64,000 nt of DNA from Hypanus sabinus (taxonomy: Eukaryota). The notes beneath the pieces are model-generated. The model was given only the letters and a program-made list of their open reading frames with translations. It did not search any database and was not told where the DNA came from. Positions 24,281 through 37,599 of this stretch are shown in pieces. The stretch lies in contig NC_082722.1 in NCBI RefSeq assembly GCF_030144855.1, positions 20,646,001 through 20,710,000 on the forward strand, in the 5' to 3' direction. Numbering within the stretch: the stretch's first letter is position 1; each line of letters starts with the position of its first letter. The translations under genes and the position numbers were made by a program.

Positions 24281-26074
24281 AGCGTTATTAAACTAACTGA
24301 ACTTTCTCATGAAAAATCTTTGAAGGGAGGCGTAAAAATTTCGTTGGATCAATAGTCAACGACCAGAGTTGTGTTTTTCATTTGTAGATTGCTCAAAGTG
24401 GAACGTAATCAAGATGAATCACTTCTTTTTACTTTTGTGTTTCAGAATTGGTGTCCCTAAAGGCAGTTAAACTAATCAAGCTCAAAAGCATTTACATGTA
24501 GCTACAAATAGAATCTATAGATCAATTCGTTTACGATTAGATTATTTTTATTTTTAATTGTATTATGTTTCACATTGGTTATTTGTTATTATTTTTCTGC
24601 AGTTTTCATGGATTCTAGTGTAGTTCTCGTTCTATCTGAATGCCTGCAAAGTAATGATATCAAGGTTGTATATGGTGATATTTTGAAAATAAAGTTACTT
24701 CCAACTTCGAATTATGAGCTTTAAACATTTCAACCAGTCATATAGCAGGAAGAGATAAATGTATAAAGTATATTTGTGCTTGTAATGGGCTCGCCGGACC
24801 TTTGGGTGGAGCTGGAAAGCATTGGACTACATGGTATTTAGAGCACCTAAAGTGGTTAATTATGGTTTAACGATATTTGTTAATTGTTGCTTTTGCCTTG
24901 ATACGAAAATTTTGAATAGCTCGGGGATTCCTTGTGACCTGTATTATTTAAGAGTACGCTCTACGAGGACAACCGTTAATTTGGAGAAAGTTGCAGCCGT
25001 GTTGTTGCAAGACTGAGTCACCGATGTTCTGTTATTCCTATGTGTAAATTCTGATCACCATATCTACAGGTGTGTCCATGTGGCAGATTACCCCATCGAG
25101 TTCCTCAATAATTTCCTTCATCCTCATCTGAAATAATTCGGGGTCAGGTGAGATGCCAAAGGCGTCCACACGGTGCGATAATGGTTGTGAGCTCCTGTGA
25201 CTCAGCAGCTAAACCGATCTGTAGAACCCTAAGATTGCAGAGACTTCAGTCAAGAATTTTACTCCACTCAGCAAACCCAATGTGTGCTCAACAGAGGGAA
25301 GAATAAACTTCTAACACCTCACTGCATGATTCAATTTTGTTAGATCAACTCAGACCCTCACTATGCCATTTGGTTTGGAACATGAATAGTGCCCACACAC
25401 CAGCCGGTAAATCCATACACTCTCCTTATGATGTCAAACGCCTCCATTCTCTCAAATACAGTTTTGATCTTTTTGTTTATCATGCACCTCGCGGTGGTTA
25501 GAGTGCAGGGCGTCATTCTGTCCTCAACAGGATAAGGTAATCTTCTTTACGTACCACCAGACCACATAACAACGACATGTACATGTACCCTGCCACCGAA
25601 CATTGTTTAGCGAATCCAACTTTGCAATGTGGCTCAGGTTCTCGATGGCGTGTCGTCCTGGAAGATTTTACAAGGGATTCTGAAGAAGATAGTCGTCTTC
25701 CTTTAACTGCTTGTCATTTTTTTAACGTATGGAAGCAGTAAACACGTATTTCATCTATGAGGAACTGGGGTGTATACAGCCTACATGATACACTAAGAGC
25801 TCAAAAATTTTATAAGATATCTGGAAACTGATTATTTTTCAAGCAATGATACATTTCTCAATTCATCCCCCTCTTCTCCCTCCTCAGGGAAATTCATGGG
25901 CAAGTCAAAAATGGGAACTAAACGCCCCCGTAGTCTCTCTCTAGGACGCATCTTCCAGCCTACTACTGGGAGTCAGGCTGCCCAAGGTACTGACGGACCT
26001 CAGAGTCCTCTAGAGATGACTTGTAATTAGGGATGGCGTTTTATCATCTTAATTCGAAAGAATACGGACGCTTT

Positions 26075-27007
26075 TGTGTACAACAGCCGTAACAGTGTGT
26101 GATCTTGGTGTGATCTTGTCGCCTATTAAGGGGCAGGTGTTTATAAGGGGCTCGGTGACTGAGCATAGTTGGGGGTCGTCCTGCTCCGAAGCCGGTTTAA
26201 CCCACTTTGTACCTGGATCGCCGGCTGCGAATCCTGCTCTGTACCTATTTCACCCGCTCCGGATACGGTTCTGCCCTGGTTGCCGGGTCCGAATCCTACT
26301 CCGCACCTGTTTCACCCGCTCCAGATACGGTTCTGCTCTGGTTGCCGGCCTGCTCATTATCTGTTTTGTCCAGGATCGTCTTGTTTTCATGCTTCTCTCG
26401 TGTGCGCTGGTCCCTTTGTTCCGCGGTATTCGCCTTGCCCACGCGGTCTGATTGCTTCTCCCTATTTACCGTTGTATCCCGGTTCTTCTGCTGCTCCCAC
26501 TGGACCCAGCTCCCTTCTGTTCCCTTGTCTCCGTTGAGTAAGCCAAACCGTCTCTGTTACCCCTCGGGTGGTTCTGTCCCTTCCTGTCCCTTGCCTCCGT
26601 CGGGTAAACCTGGTAAGCGAGTCCGTCGCCGTTCTCCCTCGGGTGGTTTTGTCTCTTCCAGTCCCTTGCCCTCTTCGGGTAAGCCAGGCCGTTGCCGTTA
26701 CCCTATGTGTGGTTCTGTCCTTTCCTAACCCTCACCTCTGACAGGTTGTGCCCCGCACCTGCCCAGGTGTCCGCGCCTTGCCCAGGCCCCCGTGTTTCCG
26801 CCTGCGAGGCGGGCCTGCCCGGCATCCGTGTCCTGGGGATTCTCCTGTCTGCCACGATCTCTGGGATCCTCCCGCTTCGCCTGACTCCGGGATCCAGCCT
26901 CGCCTGCATTTCCCCTTGCATGACATGGCATCCCCATCCTGTCCTACCCCTAGTACTTCAGTCCCTGCGTGCTGCATTTGGATCTAATCCTGTCCACGTT
27001 CCTGACG
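26075..27007. mobile_element. LTR-like element of the same family as 9968-11088, with internal tandem duplications
   Basis: Shared gccgttaccctatg, ctagtacttcagt and tgcatttgg motifs. About 40-bp direct repeats near 26250 and 26310. Confidence 0.6.
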
Positions 27008-27009
27008 CT

Positions 27010-27900
27010 GATAAAGCAAAGATGGGGTTGTTGTGGATAGTGTGGAGGGCTGTCAGAGATAGCAGCGGGACATTGATCGGATACAAAACAAGGCTGAGAA
27101 GTAGCAGATGGATTTCCATCCAGCAAAGTGCGAGGTGGTTCATTTTGGTACTTCATATATGATGGCAAGATATAGTATTAATGGTAAGACTCTTGGCAGT
27201 GTGAAGGATCAGAGGGATCTTGGGGTCCGAGTCCAGAGAACACTGGAAGTTGCTTCACAGGTCGACTCTGTGGCTAAGCAGGCATCCGGTGCACTGGCCT
27301 TCATCAAACGTGGGATTTTGTTTAAGAGCCGAGAGGTAATGTTACAGCTATATAGGACACGTCAGTCCCCTTTTGAGTACTGTGCTCATTTCTGGTCACC
27401 TCGCTATAGGAAGGATGTGGAAACTAAAGAAAGTGTGCAGAGAAGTTTTACCAGGCTGCTGCCTGGATTGGGCAGCATGCCTTATTAGAACAGGTTGACT
27501 GAAACCGGCCTTTTCTTCTTGAACGGCGGATGATGAGAGGTGACCTGATAGAGGTGGAGAAGATTGTGACAGACATTGATCGTGTGGATAGTCTGAGGCT
27601 GTTTTCCCTGGGCTGAAAAGGCACGGTTTTAAGGTGCTTGGAAGCAGGTATAGAGGGGATGTCAAGGGCGTGTTTTTGACGCAGAGAATGGTGAGTGCGT
27701 GGAATGGGCTTCGAGCCACGGCGGTGAAGGCGGATAGGATAGTGTCTTTTGAGAGACTCCTGGATAGGTACCTCGAGCTTAGAAAAATAGAGGGCCATGG
27801 GTAACCCGAGGTATTTTCTAAAGTAAGTACATTTAGCCAGAGCATTCTGGGCCGAAGTTCTTGTATTGTGCTGTAGGCTTTGTATGTTTCTATGACTATT
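27010..27900 (+). mobile_element. CR1 LINE, 5'-truncated, RT C-terminus + 3' end
   Basis: ORF 27108-27488 (KCEVVHFG...QRDLGV...EYCAHFWSP) and a 3' tail ending tttctatg. Confidence 0.9.
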
Positions 27901-28244
27901 GAAGGTGTAAGAGCGCCTGCAAGCGGAAGGTTTAAAACTTTCACTGTACACGTTACTGTTTTGTAAGACGTCAGTTTACTATGTCGGACACATACGCTCC
28001 TAAATTGGGATGTCTCCAGATCTGTCCAAGATACAGGAGGTAACTACATGGCCAAGGCCCAGAAATATGAGTGTTGTACGTTAATTCCTTGTCATCTGTG
28101 AGTACTGCCGGAGATTTGTGAAGGGGCAGTCCAGCGCAATCCATCAGTTGAATCAACTTCTGTGTGGTTGCCCTCCCTTAGTGAAGGAAGGAATGAAATA
28201 AAGGGAGAAGCAGACAAGGCTTTTCTTTGCTCTTAAAAAAAAAC

Positions 28245-29280
28245 ATAGAAACATAGAAAATAGGTGCAGGAGTAGGCCCTTCGGCCCTTCGAGCCTGCAC
28301 CGCCATTCAGTATGATCATGGCTGATCAACCAACTCAGAACCCTGTACCTGCTTTCTCTTCATACCCGCTGATCCCTTTAGCCACAAGGACCATATCTAA
28401 CTTCCTCTTAAATATAGCCAATGAACCGGCCTCAACTGTTTCCTGTGGCAGAGAATTCCACCGATTCACCACACTTTGTGTGAAAAAGTTTTTTCCTCAT
28501 CTCTGTCCTAAAAGGCTTCCCCTTTATCCATACATTGTGACCCTCGTTCTGCACTTCCCCAACATCGGAAACAATCTTCCTGCATCTATCCTGCCCAATT
28601 CCTTTTAGAATTTTATACGTTTCAATAAGATACCCCCTCAATCTTCTAAATTCTAGTGAGTATAAGCCTAGTCGATCCAGTCTTTCTTCATATGAAAATC
28701 CTGCCATCCTAGGAATCAATCTGATGAACCTTGTTTGTACTCCCTCTATGGCAAGAATGTCTTTCCTCAGATTAGGGGACCAAAACTGCACAAAATACTC
28801 TAGGTGCGGTCTCACCAAGGGTTTGTACAACTGCAGTAGAACCTCCCTGCTCCTGTACTCAAAACTTTTTGCTATGAATGCCAACATACCATTTGCCCTT
28901 TTCACCGCCTGCTGTACCTGCATGCCAACCTTCAAAGACTGGTGTACAATGACACCCAGGTCTCGTTGCACCTCCCCTTTTGCTAATTGGCCACCATTCA
29001 GATAATAATCTGTTTTCCTGTTCTTGCAACCAAAGTGGATAACCTCACAATTACCCACATTAAATTGCATCTGCCATGAATTTGCCCACTCACCTAACCT
29101 ATCCAAGTCACCCTGCATCCTCTCAGCATCCTCCTCACAGCTAACATCTCCCCCCAGCTTCGTGTCATCCGTAAACTTGGAGATGCTGCATTTAATTCCC
29201 TCGTCTAAATCATTAATATATATTGTAAGCAACTCGGGCCCCAGAACTGAGACTTGCGGTACCCCACTAGTCACTGGGGC
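28245..29280 (-). mobile_element. CR1 LINE RT (280-aa ORF fragment) with tandem catagaaa tail
   Basis: TSGVPQ.SVLGP, FTDDTKLGG, LEYFVQFWSP; tail aacatagaaacatagaa at 28245. Confidence 0.92.
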
Positions 29281-29289
29281 TAGTCACAC

Positions 29290-31620
29290 ATCTTCGGAAC
29301 CTTTAGGGGAAAGATGGGATGCAAAGTGTGAAGAGGCATTTCAGCTGCTGAAATAGAGATGGACTAAAGCTCCCATGCCTGCTCTTGCAAACCCCTGTTT
29401 GCCGTATTTCCTGCACACACTCGCCAGCCATTATGGATTAGGCGGCTTTCCATATCTGGATTAAGGTAAAATGGCTTTTCTTTTCGTTTGCCAATGTCTG
29501 TCTGAGTTTAAACATAACATAGTTTGAGAGAACCTATCAAATGCGGTAGGAGGATTAATCTCTTTCCAATTCAACAAAATGGATATTTTAGCCATTAATG
29601 TAAGAAATGCAATCATCCGTCGAGCCGTGGTAGTGAAATGATTTGGCTCTATCATTGGTGGACGAAAAATTGCAGTAATTGGATGAGGTTGTAAATCAAT
29701 ACTCAATGCCTTTGAAATAATATCGAAGATATCTTTCAAGTTTATTTTTAAGACGGGCACGAACAAAAATTATAAGGTGGAGGGGCTATCTCAGAGTGAC
29801 ATCTATCACATATAGAATTTATATGGCAGTAATAACAAGCTAATTTATCCTTGGATAGATGGGCCCTGTGCCCTCCCTTAAACTGTATCAACCAATGTTT
29901 GGAACAGATAGAGGATGACTTAACTAATTGAAGAATGTTTTCCCATTTTTCAATAGGTAAAGTAAACTTCTATTAAACTTGAAAAAAAAACTTGGACGCC
30001 ATTTATTCAATATTTTCATATGACGTCATTTGACCTTTTCCAAACCTATTTCTTTTTTTTTCTTCTTGTCTTATACATGTAGATAGGATCGGAGTTGATG
30101 ACACTTTCGTTTTTTTTCTTTTTTTAGATATTACAAACAGCCCTTGTTTCTTTTTCTTTCTCTTCTCTGTTTTTTAGTTATTGGTTAAATTTGGATAGCT
30201 TATCTTTTTGTGGATTATATATATATATTTCTTTTTTATTTTTTTATTCCAAGTTTCTTTGTTCTGTATGCAGCATATTTGTATGTTGTATGACTTTCGG
30301 AGGCTTAATTCCCTTGTATAATGTATGTTAACTATTAACGATGTAATCCCAATAATTGTGTATTAATATTTGTTCTTTTCAATATGTTGATATTAATAAA
30401 AAGACTGAAAAGGAAAAGCCGGTGTCTGTCACCATTTGAGCTAAACTACCCTGCACACACATTGGAGTTTCTGGCATTGAAATGGGAAGGGGTGGGTAAA
30501 TTAAGTGACAATATGGTGCTAAGTTCGAGGTCATTGCTGATTGGCGGCGTTGCCTGCTTAAGGTTTCTGTCTTGTATATAGGCCTGGAGGTCAGAGCAAA
30601 GACGCGGGTTCATTGTCACGAATGTCCCATGAGGTGCCGGTAACAAATGGGGAATGGGAGAATGGTGTTAAAACAATGTGCTGTCACAACCACGGATTTG
30701 GCAGTGCAGGAGAAACGGGAATTGCGTTTGTGAATATGCACGTGTCGGATCATGACTATTTCATTGTGCTACTGTTTAACTCCATTCATTGTGTCGTAAT
30801 ATTTGTCGAGACATGGAAAGAGCAACGCTTCGCTGCCTGTTTTCCGATTTGCCCGAAAAATTGGACTGTCAAGCGAACTGGCTCTGAGAACCAGCGGTAT
30901 ACGCTTTATTCTTTGTTGTTCTTTTCAGCTGCAGTGTTGGCTTCGTTTTCCATTTAATAGTTTTAGTTAACGGCCCTGTTTGGCCTAGCGTTGATTGTTT
31001 TCTTTTCCGTTTAACACAGTTCGCATTAAAATCTGTGAACTACTGTCCTACTTCAGTGTCTGTACCCCCGCACTTGGGCCATATTCGAACCAGATGTCCT
31101 GTGCCAGTTTTCCAAAGTTAGTAAATCAGAGCAAAGACTTTAGCCTGATAGAGCTGTTGATTGCTTGTGCGCATCGAGCCATGCCATTCCAGAAGCATAT
31201 TGCAACTTGAGGGCGCTGAATACGAATCAGCTGTCCGTCTTCAGTCCTTCGGAATTGGCAGCAGCCCAGCAATCCGACCCTTGTATAAGTGGAATCTGAT
31301 CATCTGTTGTCAATGGGGATATAGACCCAGCTGAGAAGACAGAACACTCTGCTACACTCCTACCGATGAGGAGACGGGACAAAATGGAGTTGAGGAACAA
31401 AGTTGTACAGAGTGTTACATCTCCCCCAGATAGAGCTCAGTGTTCCCAGTTGGGTTTTTCTGAGAAGTATATGAAGATTGTACCGATGTCACTTCGGGTT
31501 TTTTGGGATTTGACAAGACCTGCATCATCTATAGCAAACGGGTTCCAGCAATTCCCAACAGAAATATAAGCTGTATTGTAGTTCACCTGAGGGAAATCAT
31601 GAGAACGCAAAAGTAGCACG
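29290..31620 (+). mobile_element. Gypsy pol relic (RT-RNaseH linker, RNase H, integrase-proximal region) interrupted by L1 fragments
   Basis: RWDAKCEEAFQLLK (about 29310-29355), ELNYPAHTLEFLALKW (about 30437-30485), QQ.DP.I (about 31265). Confidence 0.7.
29480..30420. mobile_element. Two L1/Tx1 3' fragments in opposite orientation
   Basis: Minus-strand KDIFDIISK...LLNWKEINPPT, plus-strand WTPFIQYFHM followed by a T-rich 3' UTR and an A-rich tail. Confidence 0.7.
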
Positions 31621-32029
31621 ATACCACTGCTGAATACAAAGCAAGATGAAATGAGGAAATAGCGACCGTGAAATCAAGATTGCCGAGCTGTAAGTTATTA
31701 GTTCCCATCACTGTGGTGAAAATCAGGAAAGTTTAGGGATTAAGGGGAAATAATATTATCCTTTTGTTGAACATTCAGCACCTGATCAGGTGTATCTTTT
31801 GAAATTGTGAGAAGGTAGAAGAGAAATCATAAGGTATATTGCAAATATATCAGCATCGTCTTTAACCAGGATTGTGTGACCGCAGCTTTGGAAAGTGCCA
31901 AATGCGCATTTATTTAAGAAGATCTGCAAGGAAAAGAGGAGAGTTGAAGGTAGCGAGCCCAACACCGATATGTGGAAAGATACTGGAGGGGATCTGAGGT
32001 AGTGAATCCACCACATTTTGAAAAGGCAA

Positions 32030-33300
32030 ACGGTGAAAAAGTGGCAATCACGTATGGATTCGTCATGTCGAATCTTGACTCATAAATTTGATTGAGTTGA
32101 TTTGAAGTGGTGATGAAGGAAACTGCTGCGTGCAGTGCGGTAGATTATACCTTCATCGATGTTTGCAAGGTCCCGTACGGCAGGCTAGTGTAAAAGCTGG
32201 ATGACATGGTGAGCCAACCATTGGAGCACAAGAACACAAAATTGCTTTGGTAGAGGGAGTCAGACACTGAGAGTAGAAATTTGATATCAAGAATGCCGGC
32301 CTGTAACTAGTGGTGTATTGAGCAGGTAGGTTCCCGTTTTATTATTGTTTGTCATCTCCGAAATACTTAGATGACAATATCTTAATTTCGTTAATAACTT
32401 TGGAGATGCAAGGAAATTGATGGTGTATTAGACTGTAAGATAACTACGACGATTAACCACGAAAGTAGGGCAAGCAAGTACAGATAGAATATAACTCGAA
32501 CATTTGCCAAGTGTTGTATTTTGGTCAGTTAAACTAGGGCAAGAACTGTGCAGTAGATTGCCCAGGGCATTAAAGTAAAACAAAGTGATGAGGAGTACAT
32601 CCATATTGATCATTGATAGTAATATTACATGTGGGTAGACTGGTTAAAAAAAGGTGTTTGTCACATTTATTTACAGATGTAACGATGAATACAGCAGCTG
32701 GGCCGTCATATTCAACTGAACAAGTTGTCCGTGAAACATACGCAGAATAATCTCTAATCAGCTGGCAATAGAAAATGCCAGCAGTAGAAAATGCGCGGCG
32801 AAGCTTGAAATAGTATATGAAAAGATTCACAAATACATTTGCAGGGTTGCACTGTTTTAGCTATAGGAAGAATCTGGGGTTACTCCTCCCTGCAGCACAG
32901 GAGTTTGAGTGGCGACCTTATATTGCTATATAAAAGCAAGACGTGTGTAAGTAGGGGTATCGTTACGGTCTTTAACCCAGAATGGCTAAATCGAAAATGA
33001 GAATGCATCGATTCAAAATGAGAGAGAAAACGTTTAAATGGATCGAATGCAAGTCTTACAAAGCAAGCGGGCCTGGAAACTGGAATAGACTACAGGATGA
33101 ATCTGTAGTGGTGGGTACGATTGCAATGTGCTAGTAACATCTGGATTGGTACACAGATAGAAAAAGGTTTATTGTGAAAAGGTCCAAACGCAAGAAATCG
33201 GCTCTATCTGGGATAGGTTTCTGTGTCTACATGGACGAACTGGGCTGGTCAACCTGGTGCTGTGCCATATGACACCATTGATCCATCTTGAGTGTGGTGG
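32030..33300 (+). mobile_element. Highly degraded CR1 fragments
   Basis: Residual gtcgaatcttgactcataaatttgattgag (CLTNLIEF region) and 3' UTR-like sequence. Confidence 0.5.
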
Positions 33301-33799
33301 GGGCTGGGTGGGGGTTTCCTAGAAATCCAGGTGATAGTTCGGAATTGTGTGAAGAATATAGGGTCAATGTGAGTGGCAAAAAATGATTCACTGAACTTCC
33401 AACCATTTATCAAGGAATCAATCGGAAATCCTAGATATGTTTCCCTCTCTGACGCTCTAGGACGAGTCGTTAATCTCTTTTTTTCCCTTGTACTATTGTG
33501 GAGATCTTTTTCTAGAATATCTGTTTCTGTTGTCCAGAAATTACTGTGCTATCTAACCCTATATTCATCCCCATGGTCCTGTATTGCTTGATTCAAGTCT
33601 TTGAGAACATAGTGAGAAGATTAGGTCCAAGACCAAATAGACTTCAGCATGTTGTGTGCTCCTTCTTCTATTATCTAAGCAATTCTCCATCAGACACAGC
33701 ACGTTATCTTTAGCTCCTGGTGTTGTTATTTTCCGATAATGCCGAATATTTTCTCAAAGGACTTGTAAAAGAGCATTAATATCAGTAGCACAATAGGTT

Positions 33800-34380
33800 C
33801 TGCAAATAATTGAAGTCCAGAGCAACACAAACAAAGTGAACTCAGCAGATCAGGCAGCATCAATGGAAATGAATGAACAGTCAACGGTTCTGTCCCAGAT
33901 ACTTCATTATTACTCGAAAGGAGGAAGGAATATGCCAGAATAAAAAAATAGCAGTGAGAAGGAGTACAAATTAGAAGGTGATAGGTGAAGCCTAGTGAGT
34001 TTGTTTTTTTTTTTGGGCAGCGAGGTTGAAGCAATAATCTGCGAGGTGAGGGCAGGGAAATGCAAACAAATGGAAGTAAGGAATGTGATCGATAATGAGA
34101 GTAGACCCTGTGAGAAAGGGGAAGAGATGGCACACAAAGGGAATGTTATAGACACGTGAGGAGAAAAGAGAGCAAGCCAGAGAGGGGATCAGAAGAATAG
34201 AGAGTTGGATGCTCATGCCGTCAGGTTATGGGCTTCCAAGACCGAATGTGAGGTATTGTTCCTCCACGTGGACAGTGGTCTCAAGGGGGCATAAGAGGAG
34301 ACCATGTATCGACATGTCGGAACTGAGCGGATGGGAATAAAACTGATTGGCCAGCGGCAGATTCTGCATTTTCCGGATGA
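33800..34380 (-). mobile_element. Penelope-like 3' fragment
   Basis: Purine-rich tract plus RT/GIY-proximal motifs mirroring 8.9-9.1 kb. Confidence 0.5.
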
Positions 34381-34437
34381 ACTGCTGGAGCTCTGAATAG
34401 TAGTTCTCTATTTTTCGCTCATGCTATAACGTTTCAC

Positions 34438-34644
34438 GCTTGGAAGGCTGTCAACAAACGATATGGTTAAAAATGAAAACTTTAAAACTCTATTTTATTT
34501 AATGTTGTGATGACGCTTCTCATATTTCGTTTCCCACAACGCAAACGCTGTCGAATCGAAACATGGACATTACAGAAGAACATTGGAGACATATAGTGGA
34601 GAAGAAGAGGCTTTGAAGTCACCTGTTCAAATTTCTTCCACTGT
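34438..34644 (-). pseudogene. Decayed TM/cytoplasmic exon (relic 3), probable partner of the 49.2 kb V pseudogene
   Basis: Acceptor ttacag|. Reads PLLLHYMSPMFFCNVHVSI-RQRLRCGKR (hydrophobic then basic). The I-R/Q-x-x-L motif is shared with the 15.9 and 61.8 kb relics. Confidence 0.4.
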
Positions 34645-36449
34645 CTGTAATTTAAACGTCGCGGCTTAAATAAAAAGCCAGTAGTCTGCAAATCGTTATT
34701 TTAGAGGCAATTTTTGTCCAAAAAGGCTTTCAACGTTATCATCAGCTGGGGAGCTCATTAGTGCCTTTCTATTCTCTGCTATTTGTAATTTCTTGTTTAA
34801 TTGTACGAGAAGTTTGTTGCAGATTCTTAGCTGAAAGGAAAAAAAAAAAAAAACGAGTCCTGGGGTATAGACGGAAGAGGTCTCTTCCATCGGTTTCGAC
34901 CATTCCGAACGAAATATAAACGCACCTGTTATTATATGTGTCTCTATCACGGTACCAGTTTCGCTGGCAGCTTTTCTCGAGGGTAGTATCTCACGAGGGA
35001 GACATCTCGCCATCCATCTGATAAACACTTTAAAATTCTTCTCTCTAATGTCTCATTTTTCCTTTTCAAAAGGCCCGGGTTCCTGTCGTTCGTGATTTTC
35101 AACTGCACAAAAACTACGGTTTTCACGGCGGCGGCTTTCCACTCATTGAGCTCATCGAGCGGCGTAGTGTTTTCGATATTTCCTGGAGCGACCTTGAGGG
35201 TGGATGCCCTCTGGGTACGGCCCTGTACCCCTCCGGACGAACCACTTCCATGTCGCTGTTGCTGACTGCATCTTCGCGGGAGATCGGGACATCAAGGTAG
35301 CTGTGTACGCTGCCGTCGGAATACGCGCAGCTGCAGACTGTAACAATGAAACAGCGAGCTGTTGGCCTTTCTCTCGCTATGACATGAGGGACACATCTCT
35401 CTCTTTTTATTGAGATATAGAAACTGTGAGATGTCGAACTGTTGGGGTTAACAGTGTTTTTTTATGGACTTTAGATCGTGCTCTCTCTTGGGCTTTGCTG
35501 TTCCTTACATGATGGGTCTTCAGGGGCGGGGTAGATAGTTCTTGCTGAGGCAGGTGTGCTAGGGGAAGGGGAGGACTGATGTTTTAGCTGTTGCTTGTGC
35601 GGGAAAGTCTGATGGCGGCTTGGGGTCCGAACGGTTTTTTTTTTGTAATTTTTTGGCTTTCTTTTATTTCATGGATGTCTAGGTGGAGTAAGAATTTCAG
35701 GTTGTATGCTGTCTGTTCCCTTAGATTAATAGGAACCGTTGATCCCAGCAAATGATAAACACAGGAAAGTGTGGAGATGATGAAGTCTGGTGTAACCAAC
35801 GCAAAATGTTGAACGATATGATGGATAAACAGCCGCGTTTTGGGTCGGGCCTGTTCATCAGTCTCAGAGAATGGAAAGCAAAGTTCCCTCTCTTTCTACA
35901 GCTGCGTGGACCAACCATTGCTCTGAGCAAGAAGTCTGTACCAATTGGCCTGACACAGGATTATGTACGGGCTAGCTGTTTAATTATCAGCTACCCACGT
36001 TTATTCTGAGTTAATTGTAACAATTTGTCACAGTGTTGTAATTTGAAACTCTGAGAATTTTCATTATGTTGAAACTCTAAAATGCTTCACAATAAAGGTT
36101 GAAGAAGGTTTGTTATTTAGAGAGTTTATGGATTATATTGACAAGCACATAATTAATTATTGAGGATATCTCGATTATATCAGCATAGATTTCAAAATTA
36201 GATTAGCATAATTTAACAATTATAATAACATTATCTATAAGAGAATTCCAACAGTGTGGCATCAAAGGCTATGTGTGGAGTACCATTTCAGTAATGGTGC
36301 ATTCCCATTCATGCAGATAACAGAAAACTGTTTTGGTATGTTTATATAGAGTACAGAGGTGAGATTTCTAATGTGCTGAGCTGTATCTAAAACCTGCATT
36401 TTTTGTGATCTTGGGAAACTTCCTGTTGTCAACATTTTGGGTATTCCTA

Positions 36450-36770
36450 TTGAGTCGACGCTTACATACAACTTTGAGTTAATTTGCGGTTGAATCTTGC
36501 TGTAAGAATACTTCACATTGTGTTCACTACAGACGAGTATTATTCCGTCTGGGGGAAAAACAAAACTGTCCATATTCACAACGGCATAAGTATTCGTCCA
36601 GACTCTGATTTGATATTGACGTTGGATTAAAAAAATGAATCATCCAATCATCAAGCAGAAAAGTGTACCCTATGACTAAACAGTCATATTTCAAACCAAC
36701 ATCTGCATGTTTCACCCACAAAGAGCAATGCAGCAACAAACCACTTATTTAGCAATGTCCACAAATCCTA
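36450..36770 (-). pseudogene. Cys-containing block, possible decayed Ig C-type exon
   Basis: Clear DNA homology to 62680-63000. Frame-conserved GLKYDCLVIG / GLKQRCLFAG and LVCSEHNV / FVCLEHNL, plus a shared AG|GATTTGT acceptor-like site. Frameshifted. Confidence 0.35.
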
Positions 36771-37599
36771 AGACCTTTAACAACATGACAACATGACAAC
36801 TACAGACTCATTGCTCTACCATCTGCATTTGTGAACTCATATTTACGAATATAACACTGTCCTTGTATTGACGTAAAGTTATAACGCCGCAAGTCCCCAC
36901 CAAACAGGACAGTCAAATGATAGTTTCTCAGTCAAACACGTCGAACGAATTAAATATTGCCGAACGAGGAACTAACGTTATTCTCTGTTATTATAATTTA
37001 GTTACTCAGTGCGTTACCATGAAGCTTTGAAAGTGAAACCGATTCCCGTATCTACCTGTTTCATTGTGGGTTGGACCGTAATTTAGTGAATGCTTACGAG
37101 ATACTAAGATCATTCATTTGTTTGTTTCTTCTTACATTTCCATCGAGTCAGTTAGATTATTTATTTCACATAATTTTGTGACCTGATCATCTCTCATTTA
37201 ACGTCCACTGACAAATTTAAAGCCTAAGGCATTGATAGGATTACCGGTATAAAAATCTAGCAACATAAATTTCAATAAGAAATTCATAAAAACATGGAAC
37301 ATTTATTCGTAAAAGGACGCTCTACTATGCATCATATGTATATATTTGCTGCAGCATGATAATTATAAATCTTGTTTTTGCATATACTGCATTCAGAAAG
37401 TATTGCCAATAGAGAGCTTGGCAATGCAGAGCGGACGCAGGTCTGAATGTTTTCTTCGATATTTAATTACCTGTTTCCAATTTAGCACTTCTGCTACATA
37501 GTTCATTTGAAATCAAAGCGCTTTTAGAAACGACGGGAGTACACTCATCAAAATATAGACCACAAATGCAGATGTTGCTAGAACAATAAAATTACACGA

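Noticed and set aside
26074-27162. Cluster of overlapping 120-170 aa Pro/Ser/Cys-rich ORFs (also 10.1-11.1 kb)
   Set aside because: Stop-poor GC-rich LTR sequence with no recognisable domain.
36029-36067. Another CACAGTG heptamer
   Set aside because: No nonamer at either spacing, and no adjacent V/D/J segment.
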